A stretch of DNA of 64,000 bases. Source: the human T2T-CHM13v2.0 reference genome, Homo sapiens. Position 1 is the first letter of the stretch. Each line of letters opens with the position of its first letter. The notes under the pieces are model-generated. The model saw only the letters and a program-made list of their open reading frames with translations. It searched no databases and was not told the DNA's origin. The stretch lies in assembly GCF_009914755.1 (NCBI RefSeq), contig NC_060944.1. One strand, 5' to 3'. A program made the position numbers and the translations under genes. Shown here piece by piece: positions 13,795 through 27,029 of this stretch.

Positions 13795-14415
13795 TAAGGA
13801 ATGCCAAAGGGCAAAGTAAAAATAAATACTAAATAAGACAGCATATAATCATGGCTCATGGCAGGATTTCAATTATAGTTGGTTCCCTTCTCCTTTGACT
13901 CTTGGTGGGAGTTCTTCATTCTTGGGTGGTTAAGCAAGTCCACCCTCAGATTAATACACTCTTCGGCACTCCAGGTGCTAGTTTCCACTGTCAAGGAATG
14001 GTGTGCACTGAAGCCCATCATTCACAAGGATGCAACAGGTTCAGGGGGTGAGGGGCAGGTGCCTGGGGAGGCAGCCCCAGACAGACTGTGCCTGGACAAG
14101 CCAAGGCTGCCCCAGACCAAACAAAAGATGAGGCAACAACCAACTGCAGCAGACTGGTGCAGTAGGAACAGCATGAACCAGAGGTCAAAGGGTCTCTCCT
14201 CTGGACCCAGACAGCTACCTAACTTCTGGGTTCCTCTGCCCAAACCACCTGCCCTCTCTAAGCCTCTTCAGTAAAATCAATGTTTAGACTGAGTTTCCCA
14301 GGAGCCCTGTAGCCCCATGCTTTTCAGTGCAAATGTTCAGTAAAATAACAAAAAGAAAGTAAAGGGTTAATGCTCCTCCATCCAGTTTTCTTCCAGTTTA
14401 GAAAGAGACATATGT

Positions 14416-15129
<714 letters not shown>

Positions 15130-16044
15130 AGTATTTTTAACTTCTTAAACATTTTTCTAATTGTTTCTACTTAAACAGATGAAAGAATATAAACTGCTTT
15201 AAAGAATTTTCAAGTGAAATGAAGATGCCAGATGACCCAAACCCTCCAAACAGAGTCAAATAAGGAAGAAAATAGTCTCGGATTGATATGCAGCTGGGGT
15301 GTGTGGCAGACAGCTAGTCGGCTGAGGATGGACATTTCATCTTCCCAACTATTCACCACCTTTAGAAAAGTTTGCTGAAAGAAAAAGGCAGCAAGGAAAA
15401 GAAGAAAAATAAGCATTAACCCATTCACTTGACTAATATCTCCCATAAAGTAAAGTGGCAATACAACTTGAAGAGTTTCACATCCTCTGGTTGAAAGAAT
15501 GAAATAAAATACAAGACATCACCTTCCACTGGGCTGAGAAAATTTAGACTAAGTGGTGTAACCGAAAAATTAAAAACGGCAGTCATTTTACATCAAGATC
15601 AGCCTCCTGGTTAATGTCTCAATAGGCAGATGGAGTCAGCCACGTTAACAGGCACTTTGTTCTCAGCTTAAAGGATCAATATCGCAATTACACAGTGCCA
15701 GCAGAAATTAAAACAGGTTTACACACTAGGGTAATCTAAACACAAGAAGAGGAAAATCATCAGGAACTCGGTTCCTGAACAGAGTCCAGAAAAACAATTT
15801 AAAACTCGTAACATAGCTGTGTGTGTGAAGAGGGATGAGGCGAAGAAGGTGTCAAGTTTGGAAAGAAATGGCATCTAAATCTGACATGCTTAATATTTGC
15901 TTAGGTAATACCTTTAAAATGTCAGAGATCATTAGTGAATTAATGTTGGGTTATTCTTCCGTGTAGGGAATCATTCCCAAAGCACACTGACTTTTGGAAT
16001 AACTGCAGGCAGGGAAAGCTGAAGAAATGGGAGTGAAAATGTTG

Positions 16045-16590
16045 CATAGTGTATTTTTCAAAGATGGTTGCAACAATATCTCCCATCTCCATTTCTTCTA
16101 CAAGGTGATCTTGACACTCTCCCATCAAGTGGTAGAGTCTCTCTATCCACCTGAGGATGGGTGGGTCTTCCGACCACTTTGACCAGTAGGATATGGCAGA
16201 AGTCATGTGCTGGCTCCAGGCATACCTCTTAACTGGCCTGGCATCTTCTGTTTTCCACCTCTTGGAACTCTAGTTTTGAGGATGTTCCCTCTCAGAACTC
16301 AGCTGCCATACTGTGAGAAGCTGAAGCCACATGGAGAAGCTACTTGTGGACAATCTGGTTGATAGTTCCAGCTGCGTGCCAAGCTGATGCCCAGTATCAA
16401 CTGCCAGCCCAGTTGAGCCTTTGGAAGACGCCAATCCCAATGCTATCCTTCCATATTCTCATCACAGACCTCAGAGAAGGAAGTGCCCAGCTGAGTCCAG
16501 TCAACCCACAGCACCATGAGAGATAATAATACATTGTTAAGTCATTATGTTTTGGGCGATTTGTTATGCAGCAATAGAGAACTGAAACAT
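16045..16590 (+). mobile_element. MaLR solo LTR (MLT1G/H-like)
   Basis: tgtatttttcaaagatggttgcaacaatatctcccatc ... ttgttatgcagcaatagagaactgaaaca. Confidence 0.85.
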
Positions 16591-18040
16591 GTGACTCGAG
16601 ACAGGGTTGGGGGCGGGGGCTTGAGGACAGATAAGAAATCTGCCCCTCAAAGGTCTTCTGAATCAGAGTTGCCCTTATTTTCTTATAAGGACCTCTTCAA
16701 AAATAAAGCACTCCAAATTCCCTAGCATCGCACAGAGGCAGGGTTGGCGTGGGGGATAGAGGGAGGATGTATTTGAAGCCAATAATGTGAAAAGCAAAAT
16801 AAACATCTCACCACACATACCATTTTAAGGGTGTTAAAATCACTGCTCTGAGCCACGCAATGGGACAATCAAAATAAAATTTTAAGGTCTGAAATTTAAA
16901 AAAGGCTTCGAAAAGATGCAAATAACCTTATCCTCTTTAAGTCCCTAGTTTAAAGTAATAAGAAATGCATTCACCCAATGCATTGCCTTCAGCACTAATC
17001 TAGAATGAAGTCACTTAAATTCTAAGACCAGACCCCACTACCCCATAATAATTGGATGGCTGCATCCAAGGAGTTATCTGAGAGCTCAAGCCCTTACTGA
17101 GTTTTCCCATTTTCTATTTTTTTTTCCCCGCTTTCCCTTTCTCTGCTGTTTTCCTTGCTCTCCAGGACACAATAAAGCAATGGATAGGCGGCAAGTGCTA
17201 TAATGCAGTGATTGCAGTCATGTGAGCAATAATATCAGGACTGTATGGGAAAGGGACCAGACTTCATTATAAATAGGAAAATAATAAAGACAGTAGACTG
17301 TGGCTGGATGAACCTCCCACACATCCAAGTGGATTTAGGGCTGAGTCCTCTTGCTGATTGCTTGGATGGAAACTGGGAGTGCGTGCTTTTCGAAACTCTC
17401 CAGATACAAAGATCACAAACACCTCCAAGACTCAGGAACCACAGGCACCCACCAAAACCGGGCCTGATCTCGACTCTGAGCACTTAGTTGTGAGACCTGA
17501 CTTCACTTCCAGCCTTTAGTCCCTCAAGATTTGATATTCACACTCAGTATACATTTTTTTCATTTTTTACATCTAATATTTATTTAGCTACTCTTGTGCT
17601 AGGGGCTGAGGATATGGTGACGAACAAGTCAGACATGGTCCCTTCCTTCATTTGAGTGAACATTCAAGTGGAAAGACAAGCAACAACCAAGAAAAAGGAA
17701 ATAAAGACTCAAGATATTATAGACAATGATAAGCCAATATAGAAAAATATAGGGAACATGACAGAAGTGGACAAGGAAGATCCTGCTGAAGGGGTAGCAT
17801 GTAAGTTAAGACCCAAAGTGAGGAAAGGAGTTGGAGAAACAGCACTCCAAGCAAAGAGCTAAGTATGTGCAAAGGTCCTGGGGCCAAAAAGAAATTTGGC
17901 ATGCTCTAGGAATTTTTAGGGGGACCAGTGTAATAGAGTGGGGAGAGACAGGAGGGAGATGAGTCAAGAACAGAGGCAAAGGTTTGACACAAAATGGTAA
18001 AAAGCGTTTTATCTCAGGAGCAATGGGAAGTTATTGGAGG

Positions 18041-18463
18041 GTATCTTAATCCTTTTTGTGTTGCTGTAAAGGAAAATCTGAGCTTATAAAGAAAAATTGT
18101 TTACTTGACTCATGATTTTGGATGCCTGGAAGGTTCAAAATAGGGCATCTGTATCAGGAGAAGGCCTCAGGCTGCTTCCACTCATGATGGAAGGTGAAGG
18201 GGAGCTGGCATATGCAGAGATCACACAGCAAGAAAGAAAGCAAGAGAGAAAGTGAGGAAATGCCAGGTTCTTTTTAATACCCAGAGGGAACTAATAGAGT
18301 GACAGCTTCTCACCCTGGAGAGAGGCAATTAATCCATTCATGAGGGATCACCCATAAGTTCCCGATGACCCAACACCTCAGAATAGGCCCTCCTCCAACA
18401 CTGTGGATCAAATTTCCACATGGGATTTGGTAGAGACAAATTAACCATATCCAAATGATAGGA
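18041..18463 (-). mobile_element. MaLR solo LTR (MST-like)
   Basis: tatcttaatcctttttgtgttgctgtaaagg...ctgcttccactcatgatggaaggtgaagggg; 5-bp TSD gaggg. Confidence 0.85.
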
Positions 18464-18518
18464 GAGGGTTTTAAGGAGGAAAGTGACTAAATCTGGCTGA
18501 TAGTTTTAAACATCACTC

Positions 18519-18725
18519 CAGAGTTAACAGAGGTTACCTTTGGGGAGAACAGTAACAGGGAGGGGACAGAGGGGGGCTTCCTGGGTAAAGACGCTATCCT
18601 ATTTCTTCATCAGGGCACTGTGTACATGACTGGTTTCAGTTTGTTGACAGTCTGTCAAGCTGTATATTTAAGATATATGCCCTTTTCTGTATATATGGTT
18701 TTTTCAGTAAAACGTTTATTAAAAA
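18519..18725 (+). mobile_element. 5'-truncated old L1 3' end
   Basis: gaggttacctttgggga...ctgtatatttaagatatatgcc; TSD aaa(c/a)atcactc. Confidence 0.7.
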
Positions 18726-19134
18726 TCACTCTGGCTTCTCCCAGGAAGTGGGGAGGTAGACAGCTTAGTTAGAAAACCAGTGTAGGCACTCGGGGTGAGA
18801 AGTGAGGGTGGTTTGAGTGGGGCTGGGAGCAGAGGAGGAGAAGGCAAATGGAGAAAGTCAAGAGACACCTGTATTTTCATGTAGTTCTGCCTTCACATGC
18901 AGTGAGCCTCTTTTCTGACCTCCACTCTTATGCTAGCTCCAGGGACTCAAGTACCATCTCAGTGACGAGGCAGCACCAACTCGAATGAGGTCCAATGTGG
19001 GTGGGGGGAGAGAAACTCAGACAACAACAAATCCATCCAATATTTATCATGCATCTACTACATCTGGAAATGGCTGGAAAAGAAGAAACCAGAGGCTAGG
19101 AAGGGAAAGGAAACATGAGTTATCGTGTGGATAG

Positions 19135-19654
<520 letters not shown>

Positions 19655-20855
19655 CTAAGGCTCTGGGTTCTAGGTTCTGTTTTAAAGAACAGAACTGTTT
19701 AAAGGAAAAAAATATGATCTGGTGAGAAGTGAGGTCTCAGAGGCAGAGAGCTGGAGTCCTCATTTGGAAAGGAAGAAAAAAAATGGATCCTTAAAGAAAC
19801 TTGTATAATGGGTGACTCAAAATTAATCACCTTTTGGGAAACAGGCCATGTTAATTATTCCTGGAGTGGGCAAGTCAGCTTTTGAAATGAGCTGCCAGTC
19901 ATCAGACTTTCATGTTTAGCAGAGCCAACCACAGCTTTTGTTTAAAAATTGAAAGCCCATTCGGATGTCATGGTTTAGTGCCAAGGAGGGCATCATCTCA
20001 TCACTAGGCAGGACATTTAACATTTCCCCAGAAGAAGGCACTCTTCTCACCTCCCGCCCACTCCAGGGGAGAATTCTCCAATCCACTTGGGTGGGACATA
20101 TCCTCATATGTATACAGCAATGCAACAAAGAAACCCAAATTACCTCTATTGGTTTAGCAGGAACTAGAGCCACACTTAGCAGGGTGCTATCCGAGGAACA
20201 GTGCATTCTATTGGCTTATCAATTACGTAACATCTAACAGCTCCTTCTCATCTTTTCAGATTTTTATTTGATTGGATAGAAGGCAAAGTAGTTCAATAAA
20301 CACACACCCACCCTAAAAGTCAAACTCATAAATCTATCCAACTCTAAAGGGTGCCAAGGACTATTGATGAGGGACTGCATTGTAGAAATGGGATCCTCTT
20401 TGCTTGTAAACAATGGCATGGGAAATTTCCATATGGGATAATGAGACGTACCTGCTTTCAAAACCAGAGGTTGTTCATTTCATTCCATTCTATTCTGTTG
20501 CATGTTACGTAATATAAAGGGCATCTAAGGGTCAGGAAACTAGATGAGGAAATAATGAAATTTGAGACTATGTGGAAAGAAAGGATGGAGTGAAAAGAAA
20601 GGAAGGTAGGAAAATGGAAGATTGCTTTCAAAGTAAGATCTTTGTGCATTTGGAATGAAAATAAAATCAATAGGGAGTGCAAGGAAGTTCCTCTGGTTTG
20701 AATGAATCTGCCCGGCTTCAAAAAGTTTTACTTCATGATTGAATCGAAACTCAAAAGTTGAACAAGGAAATTCAAGCACGATTTTTATTAACCCCATATG
20801 GCCCAGGGAGACTTTTAAAACAGAGACACTTGCTGCTTTCTCCAGCCCTGGATGT

Positions 20856-21200
20856 TGGGGTTTTGCATGTAACTCATTCGTGATATAAACGTATCTCGTG
20901 GGGTTTTGCATGTAACTCATTCATGATATAAACGTATCTCCTGGGGTTTTGCGTGTAACTCATTCATGATATAAACGTATCTCCTGGGGTTTTGCATGTA
21001 ACTCATTCATGATATAAACGTGTCTCCTGGGGTTTTGCATGTAACTCATTCATGATATAAACGTATCTCCTGGGGTTTTGCATGTAACTCATTCATGATA
21101 TAAACGTATCTCCTGGGGTTTTGCATGTAACTCATTCATGATATAAACGTACCTCCTGGGGTTTTGCATGTAACTCATTCATGATATAAACGTGTCTCCT
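20856..21200. repeat. minisatellite, 8 x 43 bp (tggggttttgcatgtaactcattcatgatataaacgtatctcc)
   Basis: units start at 20856, 20899, 20942, 20985, 21028, 21071, 21114 and 21157; 0-2 substitutions per unit; no spacers. Confidence 0.98.
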
Positions 21201-22314
21201 TCTTTTAATTAACTACTTCTCTCATCAAGGGAAGGGGAAATAATCCCAATCTAACAACTCATCCATGATGAACTTTGCTGTCTTTCTTCTGTTTCCAAAT
21301 GAATTTGGCTTATTAAAAAAGTAATGAGCTATTAATTAACTCTACACTCATACAAAGCTGTTTAATTCTCAATCTAATTAGCCGCAATCTGATGAAGGAT
21401 TTTAATAATTATTTTAACTTTGCTAACAGAAACATCTTTTCACTTTTCATAAGTTATTTATAGAACAGTTCACATTGGATCCTGCTTGGTTTTTAATTTG
21501 ATGACATTTTTATTAGATCCTCTACTCTTCTACCATCTCTGTGTGACAGAGTTTAGAACTGTCATCATTGAAAAGCCCAGAAATAGTATCCTGGGTCACC
21601 TACATGGCCAAGACAGTGCACCCTTCTGTCTTTGAAAAAATCTCCAATGGATGAGGTATGGGAGGACCAGAAGCCCTGTCCTTCTGATGTCCTTCTTAAA
21701 CAAGAGGCAAAACTCAAGTACGAACCAAGGATAGACTTAAAACTCCCAGTGGAAAGATCAAAGGCTTGGGGTTACTGCTGAGGCTGGATTTGGCAGGGAG
21801 GGAAGGAAACATGCCACCACACCTATAGGAATGACTTTTTCATAACTGATGCAAACAAGGGTATTCCCGAATCTCTTGTTTAAGAAACAACAGGCAGTGA
21901 GTTACATTTCATTTGTGTATAGAATTTCTACTGGAGCCACTACAGTACAATGTGAAAAGATCAAATGATATTTTATGTGCATGGCCTTTATGATATGCAT
22001 TTCTGCAGACATTAGAAATTTCTATGTAAATTACATATTAATGTAAAGGCCTATGTACATCAAACTATGGATTCAATAAACACACTTACACACATACACA
22101 AACTTCACAAAAAATAAAATGTGTTTATTCAGAGGCATTTTTATTCTTCCCTAGGTATTATAAGGGAATAGATTATGTTCAGTGAGCCACTCTGCTTCTC
22201 TAAGATCTAACATGAGATAAGCCTATTTCACAGTTAGTCTCGCCACTTTCCTCTAACACAGGAGGGAACATGGGAGACTGTTTCCTATGCCACCCCCAAG
22301 ACTTAGTACATGAA

Positions 22315-22570
22315 GAGGCTATATGTGTAATGGTTTAGAAAACGAATTCTGAAGCCAACTGCCTGCGTACAAATCTCAGCTCCGCACTTACTTAGCTGTG
22401 TGCCTTTGGGCAAGTCAATAACCTTTTTGTACCCCAGTTTTCTCATCTAAAAAAAAATGGGAATGAAATAGTACCTACCTCACACTCTTGCTAAGAAGAT
22501 TAAATGAATTAATATATCTAAAGTCCCTGGAATAATGCAGCACCTACTACATAGTCGGTAACTTCTAAAT
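22315..22570 (+). mobile_element. MIR
   Basis: near-complete MIR: cacttacttagctgtgtgcctttgggcaagtc...gtacctacctca. Confidence 0.9.
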
Positions 22571-23528
22571 AAAATAAACTCTAGCTGGGTACTTCTCCCT
22601 ATAAAATACATAGAGTTTGAGACACTGCAAGGCCATTATCCTACTAATAACAATATTTTTTAAAAGCTAGAAGCTCATATTATAGAGAACATTTGGCCAC
22701 TGTAGCATTTCTTATAGGCATTTTTTTCTGTTGCTTTTTTGAGAAAACATAGATATGGTGCTAAATTAAATGGCTTATGTTCTGAGCCCTCACCAGTGTT
22801 ATTATTTATTAAATGTCATTATTCATTAAAATCCTAATAATTCACTAGGTTTTTAAAAAATTAAACACAGGACCTTGAAAAAATTAAATTTAAATAAGTA
22901 AGTTGAATATTAATGGAGTGGGAAGCCTAAGGGAGTATGTTCTGAAAACTAGTTATTTATTTATTTTACCAAAAAAAGAGCTGTAGTTATAAATAGTATT
23001 AATAATAACAGTAATAATAGCCAGCATTTATTAAGCATTATCCACATTCCAGGCAGTGTGCTCAGTGGGTTACATGCGCCATTTCATTGCATATATAGAT
23101 GTGTGGGAAGGCATTCATACTGGTGGTCCTCTCCTCTCTGGATTAGCTCTCTCTCTTATACTTCTTTCCCCCCAATTACTTATCCCATGTAGCCAGTACT
23201 CTGAGAAGGACATGGCCTCCTCCTTCTTGGGAAAAGATGCCCAATTCCAATATTCCTGCCCTAGAAGGCCCCACAGGAGCTGAGAAGGTGCCTGGAAGAC
23301 AGCAGGTACCAAGCAGATGGATGAAGCCTGGTTTAGACCTTCAGCTGGGGAGCAAGGTCTTCCCATGAGCCTGTGTGTCCAGCATAGTTAATCAAGGTCA
23401 GAGAACACACAGGCATTTAAATCCAAAGCCCATCAAGAAACGTTCTCTGGGAGTTCTCCACTTTGTTCAAGCCCCCCAGTCAGAAATTCTGGTTTCCTTT
23501 AATGATACCCCATCGATGATACCACAGA

Positions 23529-23760
23529 GCCATGGTTCTCAACCAGGGGTTATTCTGTCCCTCAGTGGACCCTTGGCAATGTCTGGAGACATTTTGGGTT
23601 GTCACAGCTGAGGAAGAGAAAAGTATTACCAGCATCTAGTGTATAGAGACCAGGAATGCTGCTAAACATCCCACAGTACACAGAACAGCGCCCACAACAA
23701 AAAACTGCCAACCAAAATGTCAATTCAATTACCAATTTCAGCCAAGAATATGAAACACTG
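23529..23760 (+). mobile_element. MER20 (hAT-Charlie)
   Basis: tggttctcaacc...ggcaatgtctggagacattttgggttgtcac...tgctgctaaacatcc. Confidence 0.9.
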
Positions 23761-24090
23761 CCGTGGAGTGACTTAGAAACAGCACAGCCTTTGGGTCCAG
23801 ACACCCCGTCCAGGGCTCTATTACAAGCAGTTGAATAGCCCTGGGCAACTAACAATCAATCAGTGAGCTCTGCTTTTCTCATCTGCAAACCAGGAGCCTG
23901 AGGAAGTCCTCTGAAAATCCCCTTGCACAGCACTGCGAACTCAGCAAACTGCAGCAATTATCACCATGACTTTGTCCTCAAATAAACCTCGCAAGCCACT
24001 GTGGAATCTCCATTTTTCTGTAGGTGCCAACTCTGGGTACTCACTGAAAACCTTACCTTTGGGTAATGAGTTCCAAAAGACAAATCTAAT

Positions 24091-24165
24091 TGATCCTTGC
24101 AGGGGACTGAACTCACAACCTTGGCCTCATTAGCACCACATACGAATCTACTGAGCAGGACAAAT
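24091..24165 (-). pseudogene. decayed tRNA-Ile(AAT)-derived sequence (tRNA pseudogene or MamSINE1-type SINE head)
   Basis: minus strand gctcagtagattcgtatgtggtgctaatgaggccaaggttgtgagttcagtcccc is about 42/55 ungapped identical to tRNA-Ile-AAT (from memory). Confidence 0.7.
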
Positions 24166-24284
24166 GAAGACACCCAAGAATCACTTTTTCATGTAATAAC
24201 ATTCGGCAGCTCACTCAACACAATCAAAGCACGTCAAACACAGGATCAGCCCTGCAGAATCATGAGTCTCAAATGCCGCATGGA

Positions 24285-24323
24285 ACCACTGACTCTCAGA
24301 TACCACTGACTCTCAGATACCAC
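24285..24323. repeat. 17-bp tandem duplication (accactgactctcagat x2.3)
   Basis: direct reading; perfect copies. Confidence 0.95.
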
Positions 24324-24569
24324 CACTGGAAAAGCAGCCATCACATCTTAATGGGGATTAAAAACCAGAATACACAAGGTGGTGGGGGATTAAATGAGAT
24401 CAGGCAAGCAAAACACCCAAGGGCTTTGCCTTAGACAGTGTTCACCAGTGTTATTACCATCAATATCCTGAAATTAATGACACAACATAGGACTACACCA
24501 AAGCCCAAGAGTTATTTATCAGACATACCTTTGTGAAAATAAATAATAGCAAAATAGCAATGTCCTTTC

Positions 24570-24880
24570 CACCTGCCTTACTTATTCACATAATGTCTAC
24601 TCAGGCTTAAAGACTTAGCTCACACATTATCACCTATAAGAAATCCTACCTGATGAGCCCTCACCCCAGGACTGGCTGCCCCTCTGTGTTTCAGTAACTC
24701 ACTAGGCTTACCACTATCACCACTGCTTTCCCACTTTATTGTAATTGTCTCTTTTTCTTTTTCCACCACAAATGTAGGTACTTCTAATGGTAGGGAATAT
24801 ATTTTTGTTCATGTCTACATTTGCAACAGGTGCACAGGTTAGCACATACCACTACTGAATATCCATCAAATGTGGACTCC
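24570..24880 (+). mobile_element. L2 fragment
   Basis: ttattgtaattgtctc...tttttgttcatgtctac. Confidence 0.55.
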
Positions 24881-24897
24881 ATGTGGTTGAAGCATGG

Positions 24898-25340
24898 CTG
24901 TATTAGATAGCTCTTGCAACAAAAAAACACTGGCACCAAGCCCAGTGACCCAAAACAAAAACATTCGTCTGTGCTCAGATGTCTGTATGTTGTCTGGGGT
25001 CAAGCTGACCAGGGTGTGGCTTAGCTGGGCTTAACTTGGGCTTCAGGTTGGGTCCAGATCTGTTCCACATGACTCTCATCCTCCTTGGACCAGTGAACCA
25101 GCCAATGTGTGTTTCTCATGGCAATGACCAAAACACAAAAGGGGCAAGCAGAGACATGCGCTGCTTCTTACGGCCTGGGTACAGACACTTCCACCTATAT
25201 TTTATTGGCTTAAGCAAGTCACGTGCTTGACAGCAACTCAATGGGTGGTAAAAACATGCTGCATCTCTACTGGGAATAGGTGTCAACTTATGTGGATAAA
25301 GGGAGGGGTGAAGAATTGGAAACAGTAATCTAGTCTACCA
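24898..25340 (-). mobile_element. MaLR LTR (MLT1K-like)
   Basis: gggcttcaggttgggtccagatctgttccacatgactctcatcctccttggaccag...cattttattggcttaagcaagtcac. Confidence 0.75.
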
Positions 25341-26102
25341 TGAGAATCCTTGGATCCAACGCAGAAAGCTGCATTTACACACTTCTAGAGTTTGTGTATA
25401 TTTATGGAATGTTTATCCCATTCCATAATCTGTTATCAGGAGTCAACTTCTAAAGCCTTCCTCCAATCTTATTTTCCTGTTCCAAGCATTAGTTTTGAAG
25501 TATTTTGAAAGCAGTGTGACATACTCAAAAGAATTTTGAGTAGGAGGTGGGGGTCAGGTGGGTGGGGGACAGCCAAGAGCCAGCCTGGTGAACTGAGCCA
25601 TATCTCCAAGCTCCATCCTCATCCACGCACCAAAGGGACAGGGTAACAGAAACTCTCAGACATTCTGTGATCTGAGTCCAAGGGATTGTGGCCCAGAATC
25701 AACTTCAGAAAAACAAGTGCACTGTAGCGGCAAGAGTCTCAGAGTCAGTCCTGCACTCTTACACCAAACACTTCCAAAACATTCCCAGTGAAGCTTCAAG
25801 TTGGACAATGCCAGGTTTTGCTCTGAAACACACACAACATAGATAGGAAGCAATTCGCTCTCATTTAAGGTCAACCTCACTTTTTCCCAGGGAAGTCTAA
25901 AAAGATTGGTGTGTCAATCAAAGTGTAAGGCTTAAATCTTCTTGTTCCTTTTGTAACTAGATAGCATCGACATTCAGTAGAGTCAACTCAGCCATACACA
26001 GCTTGGGTCTATCCTCTTTCATGGAAAAAAAATTGTTTTTAGAAGTACAATGCACTTACCTTTCATGAGTTCAGAAATAAATATTTTGTGGTTGATTTGA
26101 AA

Positions 26103-26298
26103 CAGGGATCGGCAAAATTCTTCTGTAAAGGGACATATAATAAACATTTTCAGCTTGTCGCTGCAGTGTGAAAGCAGCTACCAGCTGTATGTAAACAAAT
26201 GAGCAAGGCTCATGAGGTCGTGCTCCAATATAACTTTAGTCACAAAAACAGGAGGTGGAATGGATTCAGCCCATGGGCCATATTTTGTTGATCCTTGA
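26103..26298 (+). mobile_element. MER58A-like (hAT-Charlie)
   Basis: cagggatcggcaaaattcttctgtaaaggg...gtgctccaatataacttta. Confidence 0.75.
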
Positions 26299-26484
26299 GC
26301 TAAAAGAATGAGTAAATATTTGCCTAATGTTCTAGAACATTGGTCCATACCTCCAAGAAGCCCAAGAAAATGTACAAAATTCAGGTCATTTTTTTGGCAG
26401 AGTCTGATTTAAGGAATGCCTCTGAACACCTGGTACTTCATTTAATCCTCCTCACGGGTCGATGAAATAGGAAAATATATTCCC

Positions 26485-26778
26485 ATTTTTTGTTTTTTGA
26501 ATGAGTCTCACTCTGTCACCCAGGCTGGAGTGTACAGTGGCTCGATCTTGGCTCACTGCAACCTCCGCCTCCCAGGTTCAAGTGATTCTCCTGCCTCAGC
26601 CTCCTGAGCAGCTGTGACTACAGGCACACGCCACCATGCCCGGCTAATTTTTGTATTTTTAGTAGAGACGGGGTTTCACCGTGTTGGTCAGGATGGTCTT
26701 GGTCTCCTGACCTCGTGATCCACCCGCCTCAACCTCCCAAAGTGCTGGGATTACAGGCGTGAGCCACCGCACCTGGCC
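26485..26778 (-). mobile_element. AluS inserted in a MIR (MIR about 26425-26890)
   Basis: full-length Alu; perfect TSD atatattcccatttt. Confidence 0.95.
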
Positions 26779-27029
26779 ATATATTCCCATTTTATAAACG
26801 AAGATACTAAGGTTTCTGAACTTAGTGATCCACCCAAGATCACACAGCTAGTACATGGTAAAGCTGGGATTCCAACCAAATCCTGTGTAAATGTTGGTTC
26901 AGTAGTTTTCAAGAATCATAATAGATGTTATCATTACGCACCCTGAGCCTAAAATGGTTACAAAGAATGACCAGAAAATGCTAATTTTATTCTAAGAAAG
27001 TCAACAGTGATGAATTCAAATTTATGAGT

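Larger units (their letters stand above)
17560..18870 (-). mobile_element. L2 fragment split by MST and L1 insertions
   Basis: antisense L2 motifs: gacatggtcccttcc, tatgtgcaaaggtcctgggg, agcaatgggaagttattggaggg, atcactctggct. Confidence 0.75.

Noticed and set aside
20856-21200. CRISPR-like array
   Set aside because: Units are head-to-tail with no unique spacers, there are no cas genes, and the DNA is primate; it is a minisatellite
24091-24165. Functional tRNA-Ile gene
   Set aside because: About 13 substitutions in 55 nt disrupt the D-arm and B-box, and the acceptor stem is not intact
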